64,000 nucleotides of DNA from Eledone cirrhosa (Eukaryota). The translations under genes and the position numbers were made by a program. The DNA is taken from the NCBI GenBank assembly GCA_964016885.1, contig OZ024746.1, positions 18,724,001 to 18,788,000 of the forward strand. The letters are read 5' to 3'. Under the pieces are notes generated by a model. The model was not told the DNA's origin, made no database searches, and saw nothing but the letters and a program-made list of their open reading frames with translations. Every line of letters starts with the position of its first letter. Position 1 is the stretch's first letter. Below, piece by piece: positions 47,979-61,614 of this stretch.

Positions 47979-48415
47979 TTACTAAGGATTAGAGAAAAAA
48001 TGACAAAGGGGATAACAATTTTGCCAAAGAAATATAAGGTGTTTATATAAGTATTATTGAACAAAATTTTATCTATTTCTGGCTACTATGCTTTCAATGT
48101 ACCCACTTTCACTGCTAATTAGGTCACATAGGTAACAGAAATTATCAACTACTTCTATGAGGCCTTCCCTGTTTATTTACCACTGCTTAAAATCTCTATA
48201 ATTTTTTTTTTGTTTTCTGTAAGAATATATCCAGGAAGAGCCTCTGGTTTCAGTGAAGCTAACATTTTGCAATCTTGTAAAATGAACAAACTATAAAGCT
48301 CAATATTTATGTATAGAATATCTATAAAGTTTAGACACCCATTATAACTGCTGAAAATACACTAGCAGTTCCTTAAAGATTTTGAAAATGTGACCATGAA
48401 AATAAATAATACTTA

Positions 48416-48574
<159 letters not shown>

Positions 48575-49086
48575 TTAAGGCAAACAAAAAGATAAAACAG
48601 GGTTCCTTAGTAAAGTTTTAGAGCTACTGAGAGTTATAAGAAAAGTAAATAACAGCTGAAAGAATGTGATTTCTCTCCCTATAAATATATATAAAGCCCC
48701 CTTTGGTTATGAATTACCATGGGTTTTGCACCTAGAAAGTTCCCCCATCCCCCCAGGTTTTTTTTGTTGAAGACTAGCAGTCAGCCATGCATACCAGTCT
48801 CCCCTCTCCAAGCCACCTATGTTGTTCAAGAGAAAGCAATGGCCGATATAGTTTGGCACCAGTGACATTGCAACTCATTTCTACAGCTGAGTAAACTGGA
48901 ATAACATGAAGTAACCTTTCTAGGTGCAAACTCCATGGTCATTTGTGGCTGAAAGGTGTCTTTACTGTTTATATATATAAGTAAAGGGATATTTATAAAA
49001 CCCTATTTATATATGACTATCCAGGTGAAACTTGAACCGTTAAGGTATCATCCCTGGGTATGTCAATATTTATAAAACAAACTTTA

Positions 49087-49147
49087 TATTTTATCTGATG
49101 AGAGCGTACCAAAGTTTTGGTACCCTTGAAATATATATAATAGAATA
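49087..49147 (+). ncRNA. Minimal type I hammerhead ribozyme motif (Penelope-like repeat)
   Basis: Stem I TATTTTAT/ATAGAATA; core CTGATGA; stem II GAGCGTACCAAA-GT-TTTGGTACCCTT; GAAA; palindromic TATATA; UA cleavage site predicted after 49139. Confidence 0.75.
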
Positions 49148-49186
49148 AATATGGTTTTATAAATATAGTTTGCATTTATTAATATC

Positions 49187-49255
<69 letters not shown>

Positions 49256-49580
49256 AGGATAAATGATCTTCAATGCGGAATGACAACTTAGTCAAAAATA
49301 TGTTGGACAACAGCTTAAGGGATAACAGTTCATATATTGTCCCTACAGCTGCTCTATAGTTAACATAAAAAAACAGTGCTCAATTGCCAAATATCTCTAG
49401 CTGTAAATAGGTACCATAAATACATCTCATTGAAATGACAACAGCACAGTAAAAAAAGAATGAGTCTTTCATTATCTTACTGTAACAATTTAATCTAATC
49501 CTGTATAATTTAGAGGCTAGGGTAGCTTCCTTCAGGCTATGCTGCCCTAGTTTCACTACACAAAAACAAAGTTTTCAGAA

Positions 49581-49793
49581 ATGGTTTCTGATTTAGGCAC
49601 AAGGCCAACAATTTTGGGGAAGGGGAAAGTTGATTAAATCGACCCCAGTGTGTTACTTTATTTTATCAACCCTGTAAGGATGAAAGACAAAGCTCACCTC
49701 GGCGGGATTTGAACTCAGAACATAAAGGGACAAAACTCTATGCTGCGAAGCATGTTGTCCAACGCTCTACTAATTCTACCAATCCACCACCTT
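49581..49793 (-). mobile_element. SINE family A, long variant, inside the U12 intron
   Basis: Has an extra ggggaaagttgattaaatcgacccc segment absent from the short copies. Confidence 0.8.
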
Positions 49794-50309
49794 TCAAAGT
49801 CTTCAATAATGGCACTATTATCCAGTAGATTATGGTACCCAACAGAACACACACACGCGTGATACACTATGCCTTTTACTGATGGTGTCTGGCTTAGTGG
49901 TTAGAGAATTAGATTCGCAATCATGAGGTTACAAGTTTGATTCCTGAACTAGGTCTTGAGCAAGACATTTGATTTCACATTGCTGCTCCTACCAAGAGTT
50001 GCAACTGGTAGATAGTATCAACAATGGAAAGAACAATGGAAAACATTGTTTCCTTGGTCTGATTTGATGAGTTCCACCCCACTTGGTAAGCGAATAAGGT
50101 CTGGGATCTTGTCAATTGATTTTATACAGTATATGTCATTTCTGCAAGAATTCTAATTTTACTACTGAGACACTATGAAATGAAAATTAATTTAAAGACA
50201 AATTGACAATATTAAACTGAAATTGTGACTGAGTATCTGAAATCTCAGAAATATCACTATGAACAGCACTGGCTTTACTCAAAGGTAAATGTAAGTTTGT
50301 AAAGGATAT

Positions 50310-50382
50310 GCTTGAAGACTTCACACGCTTCTCTTTTCACGGCTTTATCATTGGTTCTGAGCATTGGTTTCTGGATGGGATC
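50310..50382 (-). CDS. ARHGAP39: ARHGAP39 coding exon (MyTH4), followed by a U12 AT-AC donor
   Basis: ccag|GAT CCC ATC CAG AAA CCA ATG...TTC AAG C|atatccttt; DPIQKPMLRTNDKAVKREACEVFK. Confidence 0.9.
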
Positions 50383-50504
50383 CTGGCAATAGAAAATATA
50401 TAATTGTATTATTGAAACAAATGGATTTGTTTACAAAACAATTTCAGATACTTGATAAACATTCAAACTTAAAACCAAGTTGAGGATGCATTCACCTGTC
50501 ATTT

Positions 50505-50539
<35 letters not shown>

Positions 50540-50764
50540 TCATCACTGTTTATCATTCATTTTCCATGCTAGCCTGGGTGGGTTATTGAGTTGCCCTGTT
50601 GTGAGACAAGCCAGGTCCGATGATCAATGACTTGCTCACACAGGACTGGTTTTGGCTTGGTTTCTACAGCTAGATGCCCCTCCTAACACCAACCACATTT
50701 ACAGTGTGGGCTGGGAGCTTTTTGTTGTGTCACCTATACTACCACTTTACAGTGTGGGTTGATT

Positions 50765-51125
50765 CAAAATTAACCATTTTTATTGACTCTAAATTTATTC
50801 TAAAATACAACACCAAACTACAATCAAAACATGTTTAAATGATCAAGGTCATTCTGGAGCATAATTACTGTCTACTTCAATAACTGTCTCCCATTTGCTT
50901 GGCAAATGATGGATTCCACGTGCAAAAAAGTGACAATCTTTGGATGCAGTTCATGCTTTGACGTCAGCGACAAGGTTGTCCAAATCACTGTAGACTTTGC
51001 CTACCTGGAAATTTTTGAGCCAACAATTTATATGATAGTCTGCAGAGGCTTCAGTGGGAGAAATGGGAGAATATCTTTGCCGTTGATTGATTTGATTACT
51101 CACAGTTGTTAATTTTGCATCACCC
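50765..51125 (-). mobile_element. Mariner transposase C-terminal remnant
   Basis: YSPISPTEASADYHINCWLKNF..GKVY..VKA*TASKDCHFFARGIHHLPSKWETVIEVDSNY resembles the mariner YSPDLAPSDYHLF...GIHKLPERW region. Confidence 0.7.
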
Positions 51126-51344
51126 CAATATATACTATACAACATTTATTCACTCCTAAACCTTTCGATACAGGAAGGAATATATGTCATTGAGAACATG
51201 GAAGTATATCTGTTTATTACGACAATTATTTGTTAGTCAAATTGGAAGTATTTATATTTTTTTATGTTATGGAAGGACATAGTTTTACAAAACTTAAATG
51301 TTTTGTAAATATAGAGACAAGTGAATAAATGACAATAATAATAA

Positions 51345-51531
51345 TTGTTTCTACTTTTGGCACAAGGCCAGCAATTACCCAGTGCATTACTGGTACTTTA
51401 TTTTATCGACCCCGTAAGGATGAAAGGCAAAGTCAACCTCGGCGGGATTTGAACTCAGATTGTTAAGGGACGTAACTATGCTGGAAAGCGTGGCGTCCGA
51501 CCCTCTACCGATACTGCCAATCCACCGCCTT
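51345..51531 (-). mobile_element. SINE family A copy in (AAT)n
   Basis: Highly similar to 43693-43881; CpGs retained, so probably young. Confidence 0.85.
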
Positions 51532-52561
51532 ATAATAATAATAATAATAATAGTCATATAGATTATTATAGATCTGTTCTGTGAGAGGCTGTAAAATGAT
51601 TAGAAATCTCTCCTGCATTAGATCATAACTTGGCAGTATGTTTGTTAGCCATAAAAGGTTTAGAAGTCAGGATTGGGAACTAATGAACCATTTATCAATA
51701 AAAGAGTAAAATTGATGCTATATCAGTGAGTATTATTTCATTGATAGAACTCAATAGAATGTAAGACCATACGTAAGCGAGATGTAGAAACCTCTGGCCT
51801 GTCTGGGAGGTTAGCAGTCATGATTCGGTACTGACTTAGTCTATGTAGACTCGTCCAATCCTTGCTAGCAGGGAAAGCAGATGTTAAACAATGATGATGA
51901 TGATGTCATCTAATTTCAGTTAGTTTATCTGAAACTGGTAGCATTCAGTGCTCTGCCTGGTGACTAAGCCAAGCACCTATAATGGAACATAACATTCTAA
52001 TGTTTCAGCACAATTATCTGTCTTTCTGTTAACTATATGCATCACTATCTTCATCTAAAACTGACTATCATCTCAGTGCTAATTGAGAGCAGACAAATTC
52101 TAGGTATCGTTGATTTGCAAGAATCTTTTCCTAATTTAATATCTAGCTACAGACATGTATAGCTAGCTGGAGACAGAATCACAATAAACTGTATATTTTA
52201 TCAGCTAAATTAAACATTACCATTCATCTCTGCACATCAAAGTTTAAATTAATAATATAGGAAAACTCCTCATATTAACGATTTTAAAATATTCTTTTGC
52301 TTTGTAATGTACATTAGAAGAATTTCAAATGTTAAGAGTTACACAAAAATAATACTACAATAACTAAACTTAATTAATAGAAGAATGTAGTATAATTATA
52401 TACACACAACTCTCATTCTGAAAATGTTAGTGTCATATTATTATCTGGCAATTAACCAAATTGCAACTGACAGCGATGTATAGGATTAAATACATGAATA
52501 TTTTATTTGAATTTAGATTTTTTTTGTTGGTAATAGAAAAACTAGACAATATATATATATA

Positions 52562-53290
52562 TCATCATCATCATTTTACGTCCACTTTTGCCTGCTTGCA
52601 AGGGTGGGACGGGTCCTATTCAGCACAGCATCTCTCCACTTGTCATGGTCCTTCATCATCTCCTCCGTGAGCTTCAGCAATCTGAGGTCTGCTCTCACCA
52701 CCTCTGCCCAAGTTTTTCGTGGTCTTCCTCTACTGCGTCTTCCTTCTACTGGGATTTCTTGACACTTTTTTACCCAGCGGTCATTCTCCATGCGCATCAC
52801 ATGTCCATACCATCTCGGTCTTCTCTCCCACACACCGCAACTTATCCCTCTTATACACAGTTTCTCTCTCAAATCATCTATGCTTGGTAATTCACACACA
52901 TTGACATTGCATATCTAATGGAGCATGCTTGCTTCATTTCTCTCCAGCCTTCACACATTCTCTATAGTTGCTGCCCATGTCTCACTACCATGCAGCATCG
53001 CACATCTCACACAGGCATCATATAACCGGCCTTTCATACGCAGAGGGAGAAACCCTTTTTTGTTAACAGAGGAAGCAGCTCCCTAAACTTCTTCTAACCT
53101 GTCCTTATTCTAGATACTATGCCTCAGAACATCCCCTCCCATGCTAATCTGATCACCTAGGTACCGGAAGCTATCAACCACTTCTATAGAACCCAGCTGC
53201 ATTTGAAAGATGTGTCTATCACTGCGATTACAACTGTCTACTTTCCCCTGTACATCTACTGCATACGGTTTCAAATGATGACAGAGAAGA
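52562..53290 (-). mobile_element. RTE-type LINE, 5'-truncated, (ATG)n tail
   Basis: IEVVDSFRYLGDQIS...RWYGHVMRMENDRWVKKC...GRRSRGRPRKTW...KWR, typical RTE post-RT region. Confidence 0.85.
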
Positions 53291-53384
53291 CTCCCTGACC
53301 ATGACATCTCCAATGATCTGAAACTCTTTAGTGCCACAGCTATGATAATGAGAGACATGAGTGCCAGTCTCAGTGATAGCAGCT

Positions 53385-53662
53385 CCTCAAATGTTGGTCA
53401 GCAATGAAAAGTGATGATTATTTGGGCAGCAACCCAACTGAAGGGCCAGACTCTGGAGATCATTGACATCTTTGTGTACTGAGGTAGCAACATTGTTAAT
53501 GACAGTAACCCAGAAACTGATGTGGAGAAGAGACTCAGCAAAGCTGTAACTATCTTCCAGTGCCTGAAGCCTGTATGATCCAAATTCCTCCATCAGCTAA
53601 GGCACCAAACTTCACATATATCCATCAATCATTGTGTCAACAATGACTTATGCTTGTGAGAT
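53385..53662 (+). mobile_element. RTE-type LINE RT fragment, decayed
   Basis: LEIIDIFVY*GSNIVNDSNPETDVEKRLSKA...TKLHIY...TYACE. Confidence 0.65.
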
Positions 53663-54425
53663 ATAATTGTAAGCAATGTCAACAAAATCAGCAGCTCTCA
53701 AATAGCATAATAGATGGACTATTGTAAATAGAATCTAATTTTTATACATGCTGTGAAATAGATATCACATATTTCCTATCAAAATTGCATGGTACATGAG
53801 TATGTTATGTACCCGGTAAGCTATGGTAAGCACTGCAGAAGCTAACAAATGTCAAAAAGCAAATGAGAAATGTGTGTTCATGTAAGCATTGAAATTTAAA
53901 CAAAAATAAGTAATTTTGTTTGTAGTTATTTGAACTACTTAATGTAGTAACTATAGCTTAAACAAACCTGTCTACAAGATTTAAATAAACCTGATACTGT
54001 CTTTAAATAGAGGTCTACAAGATATATATCTGCATACAACATATCCTACAACTGACAAAATGACCATGTCTAGAAATGTTTGAATGCTTTGTTCATTAGT
54101 TAAATAGCAGAATTCTGTCCAGGTAGTCATACAGGGTTATTGAAATAATTTTTGAAGGAAGGCAATCTTGGACTAATCCAATTACTAACCAATAGCCTTT
54201 ATCTCAAAATGTTAGAAATTATTATAAATATTTCAGAACATTAAATCTTGAATATTTGTAACCTTCCATAGGTTTTGAAGAGTAAAAAAATCATTGGTTT
54301 AACTGTCAGCATACTATTCAGCACTGAGTTTGTTATTAAGATATAATCATTAAATTCATTGCCAATGCATTATATAATTATGATTAAGTTAGCAACTTAA
54401 TTAGCTAGCTTTACAACACCATAAC

Positions 54426-54854
54426 TTCTTTGTCCACTTATTTCTGGGAGGATCATGGGGGCAAAGTCTTCAAACACTCCTTCCAGCAGATCCTGTCAGA
54501 AGCAACTGTCTCCAATTGTTTGGGCTGGATCCTTAAGCGAAACCAGCCAAGTTCATGGATGTTATCCTACCATCTTGCACAGGGTCTACTTCTGGGTTTC
54601 CTGCCAGTTGGTTTTGCTTGTAAAATTTGTCCAGTGATTCTTTTGTGAGACATTCTAACTCCATGCCTATAGTATCGGAGTTGTGATTTCTTAATTTGGA
54701 GAAGTACTGGTTCTATCTAGAGCGACTTTCTGATCTCTGAGGTATGAACTCTACCAAGTAATATAACTCCAAAGACTCTTCGGAGGAACCTCATTTCGGC
54801 CACTTATATTTGCAATAATATTCTTTCTGTCATTACCCAAGATTCACGACCATA
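54426..54854 (-). mobile_element. RTE-clade LINE 3' fragment with 13-bp target-site duplication
   Basis: Same family as 3485-3905; acaacaccataac at 54413-54425 and 54870-54882. Confidence 0.75.
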
Positions 54855-54914
54855 ACATTTCACCATCTCACAACACCATAACATTTAATAAAATAATATA
54901 TTGGTTTCCCTTAC

Positions 54915-55100
54915 CTTGGACCAAGCCAGCATATTGGCTAATGAAACTCTTTTACCAAATATTCCTTTCTTATGCCTATTAAGATGAGTCTGTGCATAGT
55001 TTTCAATATCCCTATCGGAGGACAGCTTCTTGAGTTGATGATAATGTGTTGAATATAAGGCAGACTCCGAGGAGGAAACCACCCCTCCTCCCCGGACCAC
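54915..55100 (-). CDS. ARHGAP39: ARHGAP39/Vilse coding exon (lead-in to MyTH4); upstream exons not identified in the window
   Basis: cag|GTG...AAG|gtaagg; 186 bp; ...DIENYAQTHLNRHKKGIFGKRVSLANMLAWSK. Confidence 0.9.
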
Positions 55101-58100
55101 CTGCCAAAAAAGAAAAGGAAAACTACTTGTCAGTACATCATGTAATATATATATAATGTATATCATGTAATGTATATATAATGTATATCATGTAATATAT
55201 ATGTATATCATGTACTGTATATCCTGTAATATATATGTGTATCATGTAATGTATATAATGCATATCGTGTAATGCATATAAAGACAAGTATTTAGAATAT
55301 TACAAGAAATACATCAAGAATTATGACTTTGTTGTTATAGAAATTTCAAAAGAATACAAGGAAAAATATGAAATTATTATTGAAATATAAAACCAAATTA
55401 ATATTTCCACATAAATGAGCACAATTGGCATAAATCATCATTATCATCATTTAATGTCCATTTTCCACACTAGCATGGTTTAGATGAGTTATCCTGATTC
55501 CAATCACTTCAGTACTACATTATCAAGCTGTTCTTTCCATACAATTTATTCCTACTTCCTTATCAAAAAGAAGTCTTAAAAATGCATTAAGTGTTCTGTT
55601 CCTTATCAAGGTATAAAATAAAAAGTAATTCAGTGAAGGACTGTTCAGTATCTTGCCCAAAACATTGTCTTATATTTGGATAACAAGGCGTTAACACATG
55701 ATATTTATCTATTATACAATCTGTTAGAGACTTTAAACCATAGTATAAGTTTATCCACTTTTTACATAGGTGGGGCACTATAAAAATAAAATGAAATATT
55801 TCCTCCATGTTTGTTTATCATTCCTCCCACATATTATTTCAGCTGTGTTTGGACCAGAATTTATCATGCAGTGGGTAGAAAGAATTAACTTGGACACTTT
55901 ACAGCATTCTATAATTCCATATCTTGTGTCTCATTATACTTTCATCTGACTGGTGGTTAAAAAAAGTACCAATTACCAGTACCTTTAAACCACTCCCATT
56001 AAAAACAGTCTTTCTCCCAGTAAAAGAAATCTTTATTTAAGCTGGTTGAGTGCAAGTGAAGACAAGTTGAGTGAAATTAATGTATAAAAGTTTGTAGAAA
56101 AGAATTTACTGTGAGTTGATTTGCAGCAAGAAGTGAAATTATTCAAGAAATGTGCTTTTCTTTGGAGAGAAAGAATATAAAGGCTAGTACCATGGTTGCA
56201 AAAAGGTGAATGAGAAAAGAAAGAGTTGAAAGAGTAATACGGAGTGGTAGATGTTGGAAGAAAAAAGTAAAAAGGACAGTGGTTCTCTTGATCTCCTTCC
56301 CTCAATTTACCCTGTTCCCCACTCTTCATGATAAAACTCACTGAAATTTATTTTTCTCCCCACAAACTTTAATGATTAAGTTTTGCCTATTCAGACCCTT
56401 ATCAGTTACTTTAGATTCCAAACCTTACCTGGAATTAGTATAGCTAGTTATATTTGAAATATTAGAGTTTAATTGTTGATAATATATAAAAGGGTGGATG
56501 AACTTCACTCCTCAGAGTTAACAGCCATCAACCACAACTATGGGTTAAATAGCCTCACCTAGTTGTAATAGTCAAGCAAGGTGAGGATGGCTACACCCAT
56601 GACATAACCAAAACCAAACAGAAAGTGATGGAGGTCAACTAGGGAGGGGTTCCTCCAACAGGAGTGAGAAAGTATTGGATTGGATACATAAAGATATAGT
56701 TTTATTTCATTTCTCACTATATGAAATCATCAGTATATGGTTAGAGTGGCATTAAGTTAGCTTACATTACATGTTCACGGAGAACACATTTCAGAACAGT
56801 GCACCAGAGGCATAATTTGAGTATTGTAAGCATGACATGTGTCATGGGTGACACTTAAAGGGAGGGGGACACAACTCCAGCACTAGAGAGGTTGTCATGT
56901 CCTTGACATGACTGAAGGATCCTCCCAACCTTTTGATTTGGCAAACTGTCTGATTGGATGCCCTTCCTATCCCCAACCACAGTAGAAATTCATTGAAAAT
57001 AAAGAATATACTATCCACTAACAGAGACCAATGTGTTTGTATTGGGACACCATCATCATCATCATAATCAGTATTTGAAGAAAATATTTGCAGTTTTTGT
57101 TTCTATTTTTTTTTTTCAAAAATGTTGTTACTGTGGTGACACATTTGAAATGGTGATTACAGTTACCAGAAACGATTCTCTGTTATTAATTATTCATTAG
57201 ATTCCATATTTGGAACAGGAAACAAGTACATTATTTATTAACCTTTATGTTAGGAGCTTTTAGAACCATCAATAATCTTTAAAACATTCATTGAAACATT
57301 TCTGAATGCAATGCTGTCTATATGTCTATGTCCTAAATAGTGTTCTCTCTCTTATATTTGGTTCTACAACATGACACATGTTCTTTTTTTAGTAAATATA
57401 TGTAAAAGAATTATCTTGAAATGCAATCCAAATTCTTCATTCATCTGTTGAAGAGTAAACATTATCTAGGACACTAGAACAACATCATAAGTTGGACTGA
57501 AATTACAGTTGTGAGGAAAGAACTATAGAGGGAGAGACATTTGAGAAACTGTTGCTTCAGCTATGATATGTTTTTCAACTAACTCTTCAGCTCTAATTTA
57601 TTTTACTGCTGTAACCATTCCAGTGTAGGCAATTATAGAGGGAAAGAGTGACGAGATGAATGTCTGTCTACATATGATGCTAATATAGAATCTAGAATTT
57701 AGGTTAACTTGTTTGAATTAATGACTGTTAGTCAATGATATATACTTTATTGTTGACAAGTCGAGCTAATAAAAAAATTTATGAAATTTTCTTCTGATAA
57801 TGAAGATAACTGAATGGGAGTTTGTAGGGAGATGTGTGTGTAGTGGTGATGGAACAGATGCAGTGGTGTTGGCAGCAGGAGTTCTCTTGATAAAGAATAA
57901 ATGACTAGAAATATTCCACAAATTTAGAGACGCTCATCATCATCATCATCGTTTTTATGCCTGTTTTTCTGCTTATATGGGTTGGACAGTAAAGACTTAG
58001 AGACCCACCAGGTAAATAATTAGCAGATCTAGCTGCAGTTTTAGAGATGATAGATTCTTCCTTTATATCTCTTTCTCACTTCCATTCTCTCACTTTCAAT

Positions 58101-58699
58101 CCTCTTCTGGAAGAAATCTGCTGTGTTCAAACCTGGAGAAGTGATGGGCTCCGGTAGGGTTAAAATGCCCAAGAAATGGCATATGTCACTATGACACTTT
58201 TATGACTCCATCAGGAGTTACGGGACTATACTATACCAAATTTTGTAAGCTATACAATATATGAAGCCATCTTTTATTTTATTGGGGTCAATTTGTAAGT
58301 ATTGCATTAGTAGGTAAAATATTTCCAACTGGTGGCACTGATTGACTTTGGGTAGTCTAAGCATTATTCTTTCCTTCTATAGTATTGAAGGTACCAAGTT
58401 AGGATGACTTCACTGACAGATGAGAAAGATGTCCCTAATGCAGGATGAGTGATAGTAAAAAACAAAATGTTTAGAATTTGAAGAATGGCAGAAATAAATG
58501 TTGTTGATGTTTTTAAACAATGGTAATGCTGCCACTGCCACAGCCACTTAATGTCTATTTTCCAAAGGTAATCTTCAAAAGTTTAAATTGAACACCAGCC
58601 ACATTGGTATAAAAAATATCTTGAAGGCAACTCAAGGTAAAAAATCTCATGTTCTTCACAATTTTATGTTCAATTGATTTTGATGAATTTACAAAATGT

Positions 58700-58933
58700 T
58701 AATAAATGACTGATAAGTTTCAGAAAGCCAGTACAAGGTGGTAGAAATATAAAAAAAGGGTAAAGGATGACATATAAAACAAGACAAAAAGAGGGTAATA
58801 ACCTTGAAATATCATGTTGAAATATACTGGGTAAAAAAACAACAACATTACTTTGTTTTGTTTTATTTATCATCTCTTTATATGTTTCTACCACATTGTA
58901 CTGGCTTTCTGAAACTTATTAGTCATTTCTTAC
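58700..58933. repeat. Diverged inverted repeat
   Basis: aaatgactgataagtttcagaaagccagtacaa...ggtagaaa mirrors tttctacc...ttgtactggctttctgaaacttattagtcattt; the peptide CTGFLKLISH appears in ORFs on both strands. Confidence 0.75.
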
Positions 58934-60596
58934 ATAACTCACAATGCGTTGTAGAAACTAAAATGTTAAGACTTTTACATGCACATGAAAATGATTGTTT
59001 TATAGCTAGATTCACAGTTTAGCTTTCTGGCATTGATCCAGCTTGCTATTAACATTTACTTTTAGCAGAACAAAACAAATGAAGTAAAACATTTTGACGG
59101 ACAACAAAATTTGACATATATCAACAGAGAAAACTGAATTATCAATCAAAACCTATAAATCTACCAATCTTTTTCTCTCTCTCTCTCTATATATATATAT
59201 CGATATATCCCAATATAATAGTTTCTGATTTAGGCACAAGGCCAATAATTTTGGGGGAGAGGAAAGTCAATTAAATTGGCCTTAGTGTGTCCAAATTAAA
59301 ATAATTTAAAATAAATTTCAACTACTTATTAACTAGATTAATCTAACACATCTGTCATACTTTTCAATTCCATGAGGGTTAATAGGGCTATGAGGGCTTT
59401 GCTTGCAGCTCCTCTGATCACCATATGAAAAGGTTTCTATAAAGGCTGAAGTTTTAGCTATTGTAACAGAACATAGTAAGGCCAATCTATAGTGATTTAT
59501 CAGTAATTTTAGTGAAGGCTGACACCTCTCATTTACAATGTCTTCTCCATATTTTGGCACAAAAACAAGGTATGTTTTACTTCACAAAACCAAACAACAT
59601 TTAATGGAATATCTAGAGAGGAATTAACAGATATTATTGCTAGGGATGTGACATAAACAGATCCACAATCATACTCCAGCTACATTACAGTGTTTCTAAA
59701 TAACTATAGATAGACACATCTGTTGTCTGTCAAATGACAGCAAGTTTATACAAATATTTGATTGCCAAAGATCTATAAAGTCTTCCAATATTTAAGTGAT
59801 AGCAACTATAGTTTTCTAAAGAGTAAAAAGAAAGCCATCAGCATTTTATGTCCGTTGTTCCATTCTTGTAAGGGTTGGTACAAATATTATTTATTAATAT
59901 AATTAACGTTTATATTATTAAGCTGAGTGTTTTGGACAAACTTAATAATAATTCTTACATAAATTATGATGGAAGGTTTTTAGATAAATGTAAACACTTT
60001 AAAATAAACAACTTTGTATCATAAAACCAAGGGTGGTTTCAGGCAGTTTGGTATCAAAAGGATTAATATTTAGTTTGATGTCAAATAGGTTTGTGTTCAA
60101 ATCCTGCTGATGTCAACTTGGTTTTTTTATCACTCCAGGGGATATAACACAGGTACCACTAATATATTATTGTTAATTCAACAAAATAGTGGTAAGAAAC
60201 CCTCAGGAGAGCTGGACAGCAGGTCTTCAGAGAAGAAACCCTGCTGAAGCAAGTGTTTCAGCCCTTAACTTCTCTTGCCCAATAAAATAATACCTACACC
60301 TTAATAAAATCTGTTTATATTGGAATGTGAGTCACTTCCATATTGTATAAAAGTGGTAGACATTTGTACTATAGTTTATTGAAATAAAAAAAAATATATA
60401 AACAGAATTAATGAGGTGACACTTGACTTTAAAAAAAATAGAAAAAAAATGAAGTTAATTAATTAGTGTGAATTATGTTGAAGCAATATATTCAAATTGA
60501 AACTAATTCATATAGTCAATTAATTGTGGGAATTGCTGTTGACACTCAACTCATATCAAGAATGAGTCAAACCAAATACTACATCCTCATGATCAT

Positions 60597-60813
60597 TTAA
60601 CCCTTTAGCATTTACATCACTCTATATTAACTATTATATTTTCACAGTAAAGGCTTTATCTCACATAATATTGAATCTATAGGTTTTGATATTATTTATT
60701 TTGAAAACAATACCTTAAAGTCAGTATGAGTGGCCAGTTATGGCCAGTTTGAACAGAAAGAGGTGAAAGAATTCTGGCCGGATATGGCCCCGGTTTAAAT
60801 GCTAAAGCGTTAA
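60597..60813 (+). mobile_element. piggyBac-like MITE
   Basis: ttaa-ccctttagcattta...taaatgctaaagcg-ttaa: TIRs and TTAA target-site duplication. Confidence 0.7.
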
Positions 60814-61044
60814 TGTCTGCTTTCCCTATTAGCAAGGGTTGGACAGGTCTACATAGACCAAATCAATACTGATCTACCAGAAAGGCTAGGGATCTGCGTC
60901 TCGCTAATGTACAGTCATGTTCTACCAAGAATACAGATTAAAATAGTGAGAAAACTGTAAGCTGTATATATGTGTGGGTGTAGTGAGTTTAGCATTCCTC
61001 TAAACACTCCTTTCTTAACAGCAGGTGGAGGTTGACAAAAAGAC

Positions 61045-61259
61045 AAACCCTTTAGCATTTAAACCAGCTGTATCCGGCCAGAATTTTCTCACCTCTTTCG
61101 GTTCAAACTGGCTGTAACCGGCTGCTCATACTGATGATAAGGTATTGTTCTCAAAATGAATAATATCAAAATGTCATAGATTCAATATCATCTGAGATAA
61201 AGCCTTTACCATGAAAATATAATAGTAAATATAGAGTAATGTAAACGCTAAGGGATTAA
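61045..61259 (-). mobile_element. Second copy of the piggyBac-like MITE, inverted
   Basis: Reverse-complement homology to 60597-60813. Confidence 0.7.
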
Positions 61260-61465
61260 GGTTTCTTTGTATTTTGAAGAAAATTGCCATCATTTTCAAC
61301 TAAAGGAAAAGCATTCAAAACATTTTGGTATTAAAAATTAGCAAAACACTATAAAACACTCGCTTGAGGGGGATTTCTGATATATATATATATATATCAG
61401 AAAGTGACCACAATTAAAAAAGGTACTCAATACGTTAGTAGAGTATAGGCATATATATTTTATTT

Positions 61466-61559
61466 TATTATAGAAATGACTTCTACAGGACTAGAACTCT
61501 CTCATTCATGATGATTTCTTATGAATGAAACAGTTCTGTAGAAGTCATTTCCATAATAA
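61466..61559. repeat. Short inverted repeat between (TA)n tracts
   Basis: ttattatagaaatgacttctacag / ctgtagaagtcatttccataataa. Confidence 0.7.
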
Positions 61560-61570
61560 AATCTCTCTCT

Positions 61571-61614
<44 letters not shown>

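Noticed and set aside
57300-57910. Complex sequence that might be an upstream ARHGAP39 exon
   Set aside because: No sustained open frame with splice sites; likely an old repeat.
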